64,000 nt of DNA from Promethearchaeota archaeon (GCA_019058245.1 JAHPZJ010000028.1:160403-224402); one strand, 5' to 3'; shown: positions 51,034 to 61,695, counted from the first letter of the stretch. Translations and numbers: made by a program. The notes: generated by a model not told the origin, from the letters alone.

Positions 51034-51855
51034 TTATAATAACGTTAAACTTATTGCCATAACAAACATTCCTGTAGTAATTCCTAAAATTGATAAGTGT
51101 TCTTTACCCAAAGAACGAGACATTGGTAGTAATTCATCAAGTGATATGTAGACCATGAATCCTCCAACAATTGATAACATAGCACCCAATAAAATCTCAT
51201 TAATGAAGGGAAAAAGAAATAATCCTACTGCCAATGCTCCTAATGGTTCACTAATTCCTGATATAAAGGACCAGAAAAATGCCTTTCCTCTACTATCATT
51301 ACAAGTAGATACCGTTGCAGCAACAGCTATTCCCTCTGGGATATTATGTAATGCTATTGCTACCATTATTAAAAGTCCTAGTTCAAAATCTTTTAAGGTT
51401 CCTATAAAAGTAGCTATACCTTCAGGAAAATTATGAATAAAAACACCAAATGTAACTAATATTGATGTTTTTCTTAATTGTTTTTCTTGAGATAACTTTC
51501 TTCGATGTAGATGACGACGTTGACGACCTGAAGATTGGTCAAGTGTTTCTGTATTTTCTGCTATACAAAGAGTATCTTCGTATTCATAATGATGGGAAAC
51601 ACCAATATCTATTAATAGCATTATTCCCATTCCTATTAGAAAGAACATAATACCCGCAAATGTTCCATTTGATATGATGCCTTCTTGTAATAGTTCTACA
51701 AAAGAAATAAGAATCATTACGCCTGCTGAAAAACCCATAATAAATGAGATGAATTTATTACTTGGTTTTTTGATGATAACAGCAAAGAGACTTCCTATTG
51801 TTGTGGATAAACCCGCTATTGTACTTAAAAGTAAAGCAAGTAAAATAGACTCCAT
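51034..51855 (-). CDS. zupT: ZIP-family zinc transporter
   Basis: AGLSTTIG, GFSAGVM..ISFVEL, IHNFPEG, ALHNIPEG, SEPLGA, ISLDELLP. Confidence 0.9.
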   Translation of the reverse strand: MESILLALLLSTIAGLSTTIGSLFAVIIKKPSNKFISFIMGFSAGVMILISFVELLQEGIISNGTFAGIMFFLIGMGIMLLIDIGVSHHYEYEDTLCIAENTETLDQSSGRQRRHLHRRKLSQEKQLRKTSILVTFGVFIHNFPEGIATFIGTLKDFELGLLIMVAIALHNIPEGIAVAATVSTCNDSRGKAFFWSFISGISEPLGALAVGLFLFPFINEILLGAMLSIVGGFMVYISLDELLPMSRSLGKEHLSILGITTGMFVMAISLTLL

Positions 51856-52069
51856 GATTAATATCTTCTACCTAAATATTAAGAATTGTGAAAACAAATT
51901 AATTATTAAATAATTCTAAGAATTAGAAATGTCTAATTTATTTTACTAAATAAATATTGTGAAATCATATATACAATAATTAACAAATTCTTCAGATTAA
52001 AAAATAATAAAAACTACTTAGCATGAATTTAATATAATAAATAGAAGAGATTTAAGGGAGTTTTATTGA

Positions 52070-52564
52070 ATGAGAAAAATAACTAATGCAGATAAATTGT
52101 TCTATTTCGAAAAAAATTTTTTTACTATGGATGGTGTGTGGATGTTAGAAACTGAAAAGGAAGTAGGGTGGGATACAGCTTTAAAAATTGATAGAGCTGT
52201 TTGGGTAAGGTTAATGAGAATCTTTTTTCGAAGGATTAAAAGATATTTAAAGATCGAATCAACTAATTTAGATGATTTAATTGAGATAATCACTTTTAGA
52301 TGGTCTATAGAAGGCTGGAAGTATGAAGTTGATCAAATTTCTGCCTTTGAAGTGATCATTAATATAAAAGAGTGTCCCTATAAAGCGGTAATGGACAGAA
52401 ATCAAGAACGTCAAGAACTAATTCCATTAATTTGCAATAATATGTGCTTTCCCTTTTATAAAGCTGCTTTTGAAGAATTTAATCCAAAAATAAAATTTGA
52501 AAGAACAAGTTCACTAGGTTTAGGAGATAATAGGTATGATTTTTGTTTTAAATTAGTTGAATAA
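52070..52564 (+). CDS. DUF6125/V4R-like hypothetical protein
   Basis: F.TMDG.W...E..VG.D.A.KID..VW, ECPY, C..MC..FY..FNP.I. Confidence 0.6.
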   Translation: MRKITNADKLFYFEKNFFTMDGVWMLETEKEVGWDTALKIDRAVWVRLMRIFFRRIKRYLKIESTNLDDLIEIITFRWSIEGWKYEVDQISAFEVIINIKECPYKAVMDRNQERQELIPLICNNMCFPFYKAAFEEFNPKIKFERTSSLGLGDNRYDFCFKLVE

Positions 52565-52578
52565 TTTTTTTTTTAAGT

Positions 52579-54510
52579 TTATTTATGATAAAGTATTTGA
52601 AAATGTTTAATTTGCTTTCTTAATTCTGAGATTATCAAATTCTTTTCTCTTTCAGATATTGAATATTGTTTGAATATAATATCATCAATGTCTTTCAATA
52701 ATCGATCAACGTTTTCATTGGTAATAAGATCATTTGTAATTAATAAACTGTTGATTTTCTCTACTTTTTCTACGATTAATTTCTTAATTTTACTATTAAT
52801 TCCAATTATAGGTAAATGCCTAATCATATATTGATTTAAATTAATTGTAGTGTCTTTTTGATTATTTATTCCATAGATACAATAAAATTGGATTAGAGCT
52901 GAATTTAATATAGCACAAATATACTTTAATTCATCAGATTGACTATGGAGTAATGAATAAATTGATGATGTAAAACAAACATTATCTTCAGTATAAATCG
53001 CTTCTGGTATAATATTATTATGTTTAATCAACAATTTTGGTTGTTTATAATATTCATAGTTATTCCCTTTCAGGATATTTGAATTAATTTCTTCTATATT
53101 AAATGATTTTATTTTTTTAAATTTATAATAAGTGAAATCATTTCTAGCGCTAATAAAAAAACACGAACCATTTGTATCTTTTTTCAAATTTGATTTTACT
53201 AACTTAAGTCCTTTTTCCTCTTCTCCTCTGATCATTTTTGGAAAATCTACAGGATTTAGATAATTTAAATCTCCAACTTTTTCGATTTTTTCAATTAAAT
53301 TATATATTTCCTCATTTGGTTTAATCCTAATCCGATTCATTTCTACTGTATCAGATCCACAAAAGGGACATTTATTCGCAAAAGTATAAACATATAACTT
53401 TTTCGATTGTAAAATTAAAGGACAATTTAGATTAAAACAAATCCTCAATGAATCTACAAATTGATTTGGATATGTAATTATCTTAGTTTTAGGGTAATTA
53501 TAAACCTTTAAGTCTTTTTTTTTATATGTTTTATTGTTTTCATACAATACTATTTGTACTTCATTTGTTGCTGTTTTAAACATCTTAGAACCAATATCAT
53601 AAATTTTTAAGATATTTACTTTAGAAAGAAATTTTTGTCTAAAATTAATATAACTCTGTCTGAGTAGAAAACTTTTTGGTACTAAGAATCCTATTACTTC
53701 TTTACTCCACTCTAAAGCTTTTAATAAAAAAGCACAGTAAATATCCTTGTAGAATATATTTCCTTTTTTCAGAATGTCTTTATCAGTCTGATTTAATATA
53801 TTACCATAAGGTGGATTTCCTATAATTATATCAAATTCGGGAAAATTCGAATTTATTAGACTGTTATTTAATACAATGTTTGATTTCAATATTGATACTA
53901 TTTTTTTTCCTCTTTCATCAAAATTCTCCTTATACCACTTAAGAAGTTTCAATATACATAATTTTACTGCATATTCATTTATGTCATATCCATATAAATT
54001 GTTTAGGATTTGATTCTTGACATTGGCTGCAATTGTGTTTGCATTTAGTTTTTTGATGATGTTAAAAATAATTTTAGCGGAACTTAAAAGAAATTCCCCA
54101 GATCCACATGCGGGATCACATATTTTAAGAGTGAAAAGTAGTTTAATTAATTTTTCTTTAGATCTTATATCGAATTTGTAAATATCATTAATATTCTTAA
54201 TCTTTTTAGAAATTAAATCATTATTATTAAACTTTTTATTAATTAAATGAACTAATGTCTCAGAAACAATAAAATTTGAAATTTCTTTGTCAGTATAAAA
54301 GGTACCTTCTTTTTTTCGTTTATGGTAACTATTTAAGAATTTCTCTTCAAACTCATCGATTAATGGAATTAGTTTTTTTAACTGATGAAAATCATCAGTT
54401 TTTATAGAATTATCAAAAATTATTATGAATTCTTTGAATTTTTGAAAATCTTCTTGATAAGTCATATCTCTATTTTCAAAATTCTTTTGTATATCATCTA
54501 TAATTTTCAA
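52579..54510 (-). CDS. N6-adenine DNA methyltransferase (TaqI/Eco57I-like gamma class) with TaqI_C-like TRD
   Basis: GTFYT, ICDPACGSGEFL, LYGYDIN, DIIIGNPPY, PKLLI..., LKYICAILNS. Confidence 0.9.
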   Translation of the reverse strand: MKIIDDIQKNFENRDMTYQEDFQKFKEFIIIFDNSIKTDDFHQLKKLIPLIDEFEEKFLNSYHKRKKEGTFYTDKEISNFIVSETLVHLINKKFNNNDLISKKIKNINDIYKFDIRSKEKLIKLLFTLKICDPACGSGEFLLSSAKIIFNIIKKLNANTIAANVKNQILNNLYGYDINEYAVKLCILKLLKWYKENFDERGKKIVSILKSNIVLNNSLINSNFPEFDIIIGNPPYGNILNQTDKDILKKGNIFYKDIYCAFLLKALEWSKEVIGFLVPKSFLLRQSYINFRQKFLSKVNILKIYDIGSKMFKTATNEVQIVLYENNKTYKKKDLKVYNYPKTKIITYPNQFVDSLRICFNLNCPLILQSKKLYVYTFANKCPFCGSDTVEMNRIRIKPNEEIYNLIEKIEKVGDLNYLNPVDFPKMIRGEEEKGLKLVKSNLKKDTNGSCFFISARNDFTYYKFKKIKSFNIEEINSNILKGNNYEYYKQPKLLIKHNNIIPEAIYTEDNVCFTSSIYSLLHSQSDELKYICAILNSALIQFYCIYGINNQKDTTINLNQYMIRHLPIIGINSKIKKLIVEKVEKINSLLITNDLITNENVDRLLKDIDDIIFKQYSISEREKNLIISELRKQIKHFQILYHK

Positions 54511-54585
54511 TTTAAAATATTTTATTGTTTATTAGGTATTTTTGTTAGATTTTTATAGTTAAATTAACTAAATATAATAGAGATT

Positions 54586-55080
54586 ATGACAAGTGATAAA
54601 AAGCAAAAAAAAGATTACTACGGAGTAGCGCCCATAAACTCAGTAATAAAAAATGTAAAAAAAGAGTATGATAAAGATCCAAAAGATTGGAGAATAATAG
54701 GTGCAAATGATGATAAAGGTAATACCGATACTTTTATTACCAAAAAACCCAATGCTTATTGGCTAAAATCAAAACAATTGAGTCCATACTCTGCTTTAAG
54801 CATGGGTACTGTCGTTAGAAATATAGATAAAGATATCGATGAAACAGTTGGAAAAAAGATGTCACCTAACGATATGCTTCGCTTATTTGGAATGGTTGTT
54901 CCTATTAATAATGATCAAAATGTTATTGCTACAGGAATTGAAAAATATTCCCAAGAGCATGGAAATTATCTAAAAGAATTGATAAGTGAACGCGATCCAA
55001 ATATAGGGCATATATTAGGAAGACGTGTTGACGAGGAATTTTCAAAAAGGCATCCCCAACGACGCGGTCTATATCTCTAA
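54586..55080 (+). CDS. Hypothetical protein
   Basis: 164-aa ORF with normal composition; no recognised motif. Confidence 0.75.
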   Translation: MTSDKKQKKDYYGVAPINSVIKNVKKEYDKDPKDWRIIGANDDKGNTDTFITKKPNAYWLKSKQLSPYSALSMGTVVRNIDKDIDETVGKKMSPNDMLRLFGMVVPINNDQNVIATGIEKYSQEHGNYLKELISERDPNIGHILGRRVDEEFSKRHPQRRGLYL

Positions 55081-55092
55081 ATAAATAGAAAT

Positions 55093-55503
55093 TTATACTT
55101 TTTGTTTTAATTTATCTAGATCGTCTTTACTTTTAATAAGAAAATCTGCATTACTTGTATATTTTGATGTATTATTTATTAATTCTTCAATAACTGCTGA
55201 AATTAAATCTGAACCAGATTTCCCAGTAGACCCCGCGAATTCCTTCAATAAAGGTCCTTTTAAATCTCCGATATAAAAAGTTACCCCTTTAGAGATCTCT
55301 TCCATCATCAATTGATATGCAAAATCTGCACCCTTCTCTCCTCTTATTAAAGGTTCATCAGGATCATCGAATGTATATGATACTTCTAACCATTTATCTC
55401 CTGCGGTAGGTATCATACCATAAATATAATCTTTAGTATAAATTAATAGAGGTGTTCCATTATCAAAAGATGAATCTATTATTAATTTAAATTCCTCGCT
55501 CAT
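55093..55503 (-). CDS. Hypothetical protein
   Basis: 136-aa ORF; no recognised motif. Confidence 0.75.
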   Translation of the reverse strand: MSEEFKLIIDSSFDNGTPLLIYTKDYIYGMIPTAGDKWLEVSYTFDDPDEPLIRGEKGADFAYQLMMEEISKGVTFYIGDLKGPLLKEFAGSTGKSGSDLISAVIEELINNTSKYTSNADFLIKSKDDLDKLKQKV

Positions 55504-55540
55504 TCTTCATCATTATTAATGTGTATAATAAAATTAATGC

Positions 55541-55631
55541 AAATTGATTAAATTAAGTTTATTTTTTTATAATTGTAATTATAAAATTTTTATTATAATC
55601 TTTTCTTTTAAGTTTATGCTTAAAGAGAATT
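55541..55631. repeat. Direct repeat copy 1 (91 bp)
   Basis: Aligns without gaps to 56798..56888 with 4 mismatches. Confidence 0.95.
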
Positions 55632-55871
55632 ATAATATCCTAACTTTAGCAACATAATTAATTTTTGAAAATTTAAAAGAAAGAGGATTAAAAGTATTTG
55701 ATGCATTATCTATTGGGAAATATAAGGATTGAAATAGATGTCATGGGGTATTTAATAAAATATTTTATAAGTTATTTCAAATATTTAGACTATTGGAAAA
55801 TATCCTCTATTTAAGATTAAAAATATTTCAATCTACTTTAAAATAAATTTCAAAATACATGTTAAATATTA

Positions 55872-56753
55872 TTAAAAATTTACCCCTAATATCCATGTCT
55901 CTCTTGTTTTCTTTCTGTTTTTCAGACTCTCTAATTGGGACCTATGTATTTTTCCTAAATATTTCCTTGAACTTACTAAAGAGGGAGGCACTTCAATTTT
56001 CTTATGGATCTTAAAACCATTATTCCTAAAGAAGGCTTCAGCAGCTTGAAAGCTCTTAAATTTATTTTCTTCTACATTATGTTGAATTAAAAATTCTTTT
56101 CCCGATTCGTTAAAAATATCCGTCAAACTTCCGGACTGTTCATCTTTTTTTATATAAATGTCTGCGGTTATCCAATACCCTTTCCGATTACTTAAGATTT
56201 TATGAATAATTTTACATAATCTTAATTTTTGCTTATCATTCAGATACACTAGCATTCCTTCATTTACTATCGCGATAGGTCCAGGTGGAAACTGCTCCGT
56301 GATTTCGATAAAAGTAGTTTCATCTAATACATTCAATGCTTGTAAAATCAAATTGTTAGTTGGATATGAACAATATTTTTTAGCCAATTCTCTTACAAGA
56401 AGCTCTTTTTTCTCCAATAATTGAGGTAAATCTGTATCTATAAAAAGAATCTCCGGATTTTTACAAAATTTTAATCCACGAAAGGAATAACCGGAAGAGA
56501 ATTCAAGGATATTGTTAATATTTAACTCTGAAAGTGCTACATCAATTGATTGATATCTCGTTTCAAAGTGAATCAATCTCAATATCAATTTAGTTGTGAA
56601 CTTATTTTCTCGAGAGAATTGTTTGATATTTCCGCTCAAGATCAATTCTGCAGCTTCTTTTGCAAAAGGTATTGTGGTTAATGCCTTGGTTAAAAGCAAT
56701 GATTTGGCGGAGGGACTAATTGAATCGAAGGCGGTTTGAACTGATTCTTTCAT
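55872..56753 (-). CDS. Class I SAM-dependent methyltransferase-like protein (LCM-type)
   Basis: FETRY.SID..L, ILEFSSGYSFRGL, IDTDLP, IVNEGMLVYL, GYWITADIY. Confidence 0.7.
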   Translation of the reverse strand: MKESVQTAFDSISPSAKSLLLTKALTTIPFAKEAAELILSGNIKQFSRENKFTTKLILRLIHFETRYQSIDVALSELNINNILEFSSGYSFRGLKFCKNPEILFIDTDLPQLLEKKELLVRELAKKYCSYPTNNLILQALNVLDETTFIEITEQFPPGPIAIVNEGMLVYLNDKQKLRLCKIIHKILSNRKGYWITADIYIKKDEQSGSLTDIFNESGKEFLIQHNVEENKFKSFQAAEAFFRNNGFKIHKKIEVPPSLVSSRKYLGKIHRSQLESLKNRKKTRETWILGVNF

Positions 56754-56797
56754 AATGATTATAAAAAAGATGGATCAATAATAGATTCACCTTTAGA

Positions 56798-56888
56798 AAA
56801 TTGATTAAATTAAGTTAATTTTTTTATAATTGTAATTATAGAATTTTTATTATAACCTTTTCTTTTAAGTTTATGCTTAAAAAGAATT
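56798..56888. repeat. Direct repeat copy 2 (91 bp), upstream of nadE
   Basis: Aligns without gaps to 55541..55631 with 4 mismatches. Confidence 0.95.
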
Positions 56889-56904
56889 TTACTAATTAGC
56901 AATA

Positions 56905-57675
56905 GTGAGAGATATCATGCGAAGCCTAGATTATAATTTAACAATCTCTAAAATACAAAACTGGATAAAAGAATATAAAAGTTCAGCTAAAATTAATGGT
57001 GTAGTTGTAGGAATTAGCGGAGGTATTGATAGCGCTTTAGCTACGACATTATGTGTTAATGCTCTAGGTAATGAAAATGTTATAGGGCTGGGGTTACCTT
57101 GTTCATCAATCCCACAAGATTTAAATGATGCAGAAGAATTAGCTGCTAAATTAGGAATTAAATTTCTCAAAATCGAATTATCAAGTGTTTTTGAGGAATT
57201 TATAAAAATTACATCTCCTTTATTTGAATCAAGTCAAATAGCAGAAGCAAATTTAAAACCTCGATTAAGGATGATGACAATTTATTTTGTTAGTCAATCT
57301 TTTGGAAATTTACTTGTTGCGGGCACTAGTAATAGAACTTAATTGGTGATTGGCTACTTTACGAAATATGGTGATGGAGGAGTTGATTTTGAACCCATTG
57401 GGAGTCTTTATAAATGTGAAGTTAGAGAAATCGCAAAAATATTAGACATTCCTAACCAAATTATTGAAAAACCACCAAGTGCGGGATTATGGGAAGGTCA
57501 AACAGACGAAGGAGAGATTGGAATAACATATGATGATCTGGATGAAATAATATATAGAATAGATTATAATTTATCATTAGAGGATTTGGATAGAGATATT
57601 GTTGAAAAAACTAAAAGAATGATAAATTCAGCAGAACATAAAAATAAAATGCCCCCTATATATAAAATAATCTAA
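56905..57675 (+). pseudogene. nadE: NH3-dependent NAD+ synthetase interrupted by one in-frame TAA (57340-57342)
   Basis: GISGGIDSA, NLKPRLRM, GTSNRT*LVIGYFTKYGDGG, PPSAGLWEGQTDE, HK; the two track ORFs are contiguous and in frame. Confidence 0.9.
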
Positions 57676-57901
57676 TATTTGAAAGAAATAGGTATTATTC
57701 ATAGTTTATTCAGATATTTTAAAATAACAGACAATTTTAAATATTATTTTTAAGGAAATTCGTTATTTAGTATGTATTTTACCTAATATTCTATTAGAAT
57801 CGAACCAATATTTTTATTAATATGACTTTTTATAATGATAAATAACATTCATTTATCTTAAAAAAAATGAATTAAATTTTCCAACAATTTACAGAGAGAA
57901 T

Positions 57902-59536
57902 ATGATGTATTTAAAGAGAAAAATTGCATTTTTTTTTATTTTTTGTTTACTTATTCTGTCTATATTTAGCGTAATACCATTAGGTCAAGCTGCGCCAATA
58001 CCAATAGAATCTAAAATTGGTCATACATTTTCAGAAGATTATTGGTCTATTTTATATGATTTTGCAGGTGATTATTTAGAAGAAGATTATAATCCAGGTC
58101 CCTCTCAAGATGATGTTTCCGTGGGTTTAACAGATAATATTACTACTACTGACTCGAAATTCTTTATTGCTTGGAATAATATTCAAAATGTGCAGAGTCT
58201 ATACATTGCTATGCAAAACTATACTTGGGATAATACAAATAGTACTCGTTATGGATGTGCTCCTTATCAGCTATTAATACAACATTTTCGCCCTGCAGGT
58301 CAAACAAATATCCATATTTTTGTATTAAATACTTTTTTTGGATTACTTGCTTATAGAGAAGATACATCAAATCCAGGAATTCCAAATATCCCGGATCAGA
58401 ATGATTCACTCTATATGGGATGGTCTTATTATTCAGAATATCATAAATTTCTGGCTAATTTAATCTTTTTGTTGAATGGAGCACCAAAATATATGTACTT
58501 TGATAATGAAACTAGAACAAAAGCAGTTCCAATACCAATGGATGAAACTGAACCTGGTACTTATAAATATGGAATGTCATATAAGGACGTTTTTATTTTG
58601 TGGCAAAAAATTAATGTTACTGAGGGTTTAGATAATACTGTAACTAAAGCGGAGATAATTGAGAAATGTTCTGCCTTTGCTCTTCTTTCAGAAATTAATT
58701 TTACCTATGTAGTTTCACAAAAAGAAAGTACAATTCCAGGTCTTAATGAAATTACTACTACAACTGAATATGACATTGGTGAAATCAAAGACTTATGGGT
58801 GATTGGGGATAATGGCACTGTGGCAAATTATTTTGGAGGTGAAAACATTTCTATAACGATACCAACAACCGCAAATATCGGATATTATAATGGAACCGCT
58901 GCTGCTAACAGAATAAGTGGAATTGCTTCAATTCCAGGTTTCAGTCTTGCTGTAATTAATCATGTAAATATTATCGTAATGGATTTAAATAATTGGCAAC
59001 ACCAATTTCAATATTCAGGTAATACAGACTTTATTGATGAAAGTAATAATACATTAGGAGCATCAGCAAAAAATATAACCGAAGCTAGCTATGATTTTAT
59101 GGATAATCCTGCTTATAAAATCGATTTCGCTTCTAAACCTAATTATTTACATGATGGATCTACAACTTATCCAGCACCTACTAGAGTATTAAGAAATGAT
59201 GCGATTAGAACACCATTACCATTGGGTTTCATGGAAAATTTGTATATTAGAAGTGTTTTAGCACTGATGATAGCAAATTTAACGGGGAGTGGACTTGCTG
59301 GACTTATTGGTTTTTTTAGTCCGATTTTAGAGGATGCGAAATTTTTTTACTTAACTTGTTTTCCAGTTTGGTCTGGTGGCACAATTAATCAAGATCCTAC
59401 CTTTACAGTATATATTGAAAATGAAGGCAAGCGAATTTCAGGTTTTGAACCCTTAATATTATCTTTGATTGGCGTTGCAGGAATTTCATTAATAATCTTT
59501 AGAATAAGTAAAAAGAAGAAATTATTTATTAAATAA
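57902..59536 (+). CDS. Secreted cell-surface protein with Loki-CTERM-like tail
   Basis: Signal peptide; many NxS/T sequons; FPVWSGG.I.QDPTF; ISGFEP-TM-KKKK end. Confidence 0.75.
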   Translation: MMYLKRKIAFFFIFCLLILSIFSVIPLGQAAPIPIESKIGHTFSEDYWSILYDFAGDYLEEDYNPGPSQDDVSVGLTDNITTTDSKFFIAWNNIQNVQSLYIAMQNYTWDNTNSTRYGCAPYQLLIQHFRPAGQTNIHIFVLNTFFGLLAYREDTSNPGIPNIPDQNDSLYMGWSYYSEYHKFLANLIFLLNGAPKYMYFDNETRTKAVPIPMDETEPGTYKYGMSYKDVFILWQKINVTEGLDNTVTKAEIIEKCSAFALLSEINFTYVVSQKESTIPGLNEITTTTEYDIGEIKDLWVIGDNGTVANYFGGENISITIPTTANIGYYNGTAAANRISGIASIPGFSLAVINHVNIIVMDLNNWQHQFQYSGNTDFIDESNNTLGASAKNITEASYDFMDNPAYKIDFASKPNYLHDGSTTYPAPTRVLRNDAIRTPLPLGFMENLYIRSVLALMIANLTGSGLAGLIGFFSPILEDAKFFYLTCFPVWSGGTINQDPTFTVYIENEGKRISGFEPLILSLIGVAGISLIIFRISKKKKLFIK

Positions 59537-59685
59537 TCCATATTTTTTTTTTCTTTATTTGATTTTTTCAATAATTAGCTAATTCAAATTATAAAAGAAA
59601 AAGCATTATAAACGCTATAATATCAGTGTAAAATAAAATTATCTTAATTGTTGTAGAGATGGATTTTATCAGGTTGTTATAAATT

Positions 59686-61332
59686 CTATAAACTTGATAA
59701 TACTCTTCTTATATTATTAATTCTTGTTGTTATACTATCTAATTGTATTCTCAGGTCATTACTTTGATTATTATACTCAGCATCATTAATTAGACCTGTA
59801 GCAAAATTATGTTCAATTTCTTTAAAATACTTTTCTAATGAATACCGTTTTCCCTCAAGAGCAATTAGTTCCTGATATAGTGAATCCTTATCAGATGGTA
59901 ATTCCTCTTCAACAGAGGACTTATCCTCATCAGGTACACTTACATTTGAGTTTGAACTACTAAAATTAATATAAGAAGCAGTTTCTATTTTTTGTGTTTC
60001 TATGGTTTCTTCTTTCTTCTTTTTTTTCTTTTCTTTTGCTGTTAAGGAACTAAGGGATTCTTCTAAAGAAGATGATTTTTCAATTGTTTTTTCTCCTACT
60101 GATGAAAATACATTGAATAAGTTTGTTCCAGTAGATGGAATTGATTCTGTTTCAATTTCTTCCACACTTACTGGTGTAATTTTAGGTTTTTGAGCAATAG
60201 TTTGTGGTTTTTCAATATCAGCAGGTTTTTCAGTTATATCTGGTTTTTTAGCAATTTTCGGTTCTTCAACTGTAAATGGGATTATTTTCTCTTCTTCAGT
60301 ATCAACTTCTATAATTTCAGAAATTACTGCGCTTTTTTTTGGCTTTTCTGGCATTTCTGTAAATTTTGGCACTTCTGTATAGTCTGAAGATTCATCAGAT
60401 TCCTTAAGTATATCTGATATTGATGGTGGTTTTTCTGGTATCTCTGAAATTATTCCCGATATGGGTTTAAGATTAGATGATTCTGATTCCTCCAAAATAT
60501 CTAGGATGGATTCTTGTTTTTTAGTTGATTCTGAAGCTTTTTTTAATTCTGGAAATTTTGGTAATGGCCCTAAGCTTTCAGATTGTGGGAATTCTTCTTG
60601 TTCAATCTCTAAATCTACATCTAAAGGCGCTTTCAGTTTCTCTATCTCTTCTTCAATTTTCCGTTGAACTTGTTTTATGGTATTTAATTCAACCAATCCT
60701 TTTGGTTTTTCTGATTTTGCTTCTCCAGGGGCTCTAATCTGAGGTGTTTTTTCAGGTTTTCCGATAACAGGTATTTTAATTTTTGGTGGAGGTAATTTTA
60801 CATCTTTCTTGGGTGTAATTTTTTTTACTATTTTCATTTGAGGTCCTTGCTTATAAATCTCATCTTTTTTCTCCAATTCAATCTTTAAACCATCAATTTC
60901 ATGTTTGAGATCTTTAATTTCTTCTTGAAATTGCTTTGAAACCTTATTTACAATTTTATTAATATCAACACTAGCTGTTTCTAAATCTTCACGCAACTTG
61001 TCAGTTGGGGGTTCTTGATAATCTTCTTGAGTTTCAATTTCCGGTAATTCTTCGATAATATTAATTATTTTTTTTAAATATTCTGGAAGTTCAGATTCTA
61101 TAAACCAGAATTCTAATGTATCCCACGTTTCTAACTTTTCTAAGGTTTCTTTAAATAGGCTAGCATTATCACTTGCTCTAGGAGAATTAATAGCTTGTAA
61201 CGATTGAATCTTATTTAATAATTTCTCCCGAGCCTCAATTTCATCATCTGGGGTTGGTTCTTGCTGGACCAAGAACAAATAAATTTCCTTAATCTCTTTA
61301 ATTATTGATTCAAACTTTTCTACTTCACTCAT
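59686..61332 (-). CDS. Helical N-domain + coiled coil + long E/K/P/S-rich disordered linker + C-terminal helical hairpin (possible steadiness-box-like)
   Basis: Composition; C-terminus LYQELIALE...LE.....GLINDAEY. Confidence 0.8.
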   Translation of the reverse strand: MSEVEKFESIIKEIKEIYLFLVQQEPTPDDEIEAREKLLNKIQSLQAINSPRASDNASLFKETLEKLETWDTLEFWFIESELPEYLKKIINIIEELPEIETQEDYQEPPTDKLREDLETASVDINKIVNKVSKQFQEEIKDLKHEIDGLKIELEKKDEIYKQGPQMKIVKKITPKKDVKLPPPKIKIPVIGKPEKTPQIRAPGEAKSEKPKGLVELNTIKQVQRKIEEEIEKLKAPLDVDLEIEQEEFPQSESLGPLPKFPELKKASESTKKQESILDILEESESSNLKPISGIISEIPEKPPSISDILKESDESSDYTEVPKFTEMPEKPKKSAVISEIIEVDTEEEKIIPFTVEEPKIAKKPDITEKPADIEKPQTIAQKPKITPVSVEEIETESIPSTGTNLFNVFSSVGEKTIEKSSSLEESLSSLTAKEKKKKKKEETIETQKIETASYINFSSSNSNVSVPDEDKSSVEEELPSDKDSLYQELIALEGKRYSLEKYFKEIEHNFATGLINDAEYNNQSNDLRIQLDSITTRINNIRRVLSSL

Positions 61333-61488
61333 GGAGGATAATTTGAGTTTATAATTAGGCTATGTCAAATATTTTATTTTTAAGTATTTAAAAACATTAC
61401 ACTAATATATTTTTTTCCGATACCAAGGAAATTGAATTTTTAAAATTATCTCTATAAACCAATTCTAAATAGAAAAAGATAAGAAAAT

Positions 61489-61695
61489 TTAAGTAATAAA
61501 CTTGATAATTATACCGATCCCAATAAGTATTAAAACAACAGAAACTACGACAATTATTATCATTCCAATAAGCTCTACATTTACAAGCCATACCCCCCAC
61601 TGAACTATTGCTATGAAAAGAATCAAAAGTCCGACAACTATCAAAATTAAACCCACTACAAGCAAAACTATGCTTAATTTCATACTTTTTGTCAA
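61489..61695 (-). CDS. Small two-TM membrane protein
   Basis: 68 aa, almost entirely hydrophobic; purine-rich gaggaaggga upstream. Confidence 0.55.
   Translation of the reverse strand: MTKSMKLSIVLLVVGLILIVVGLLILFIAIVQWGVWLVNVELIGMIIIVVVSVVLILIGIGIIIKFIT

Noticed and set aside
55632-55750. Possible gene fragment between repeat copy 1 and the MTase
   Set aside because: Multiple stops and no recognisable motif
57340-57342. Genetic-code reassignment of TAA
   Set aside because: TAA is the normal and very frequent stop for genes throughout this window
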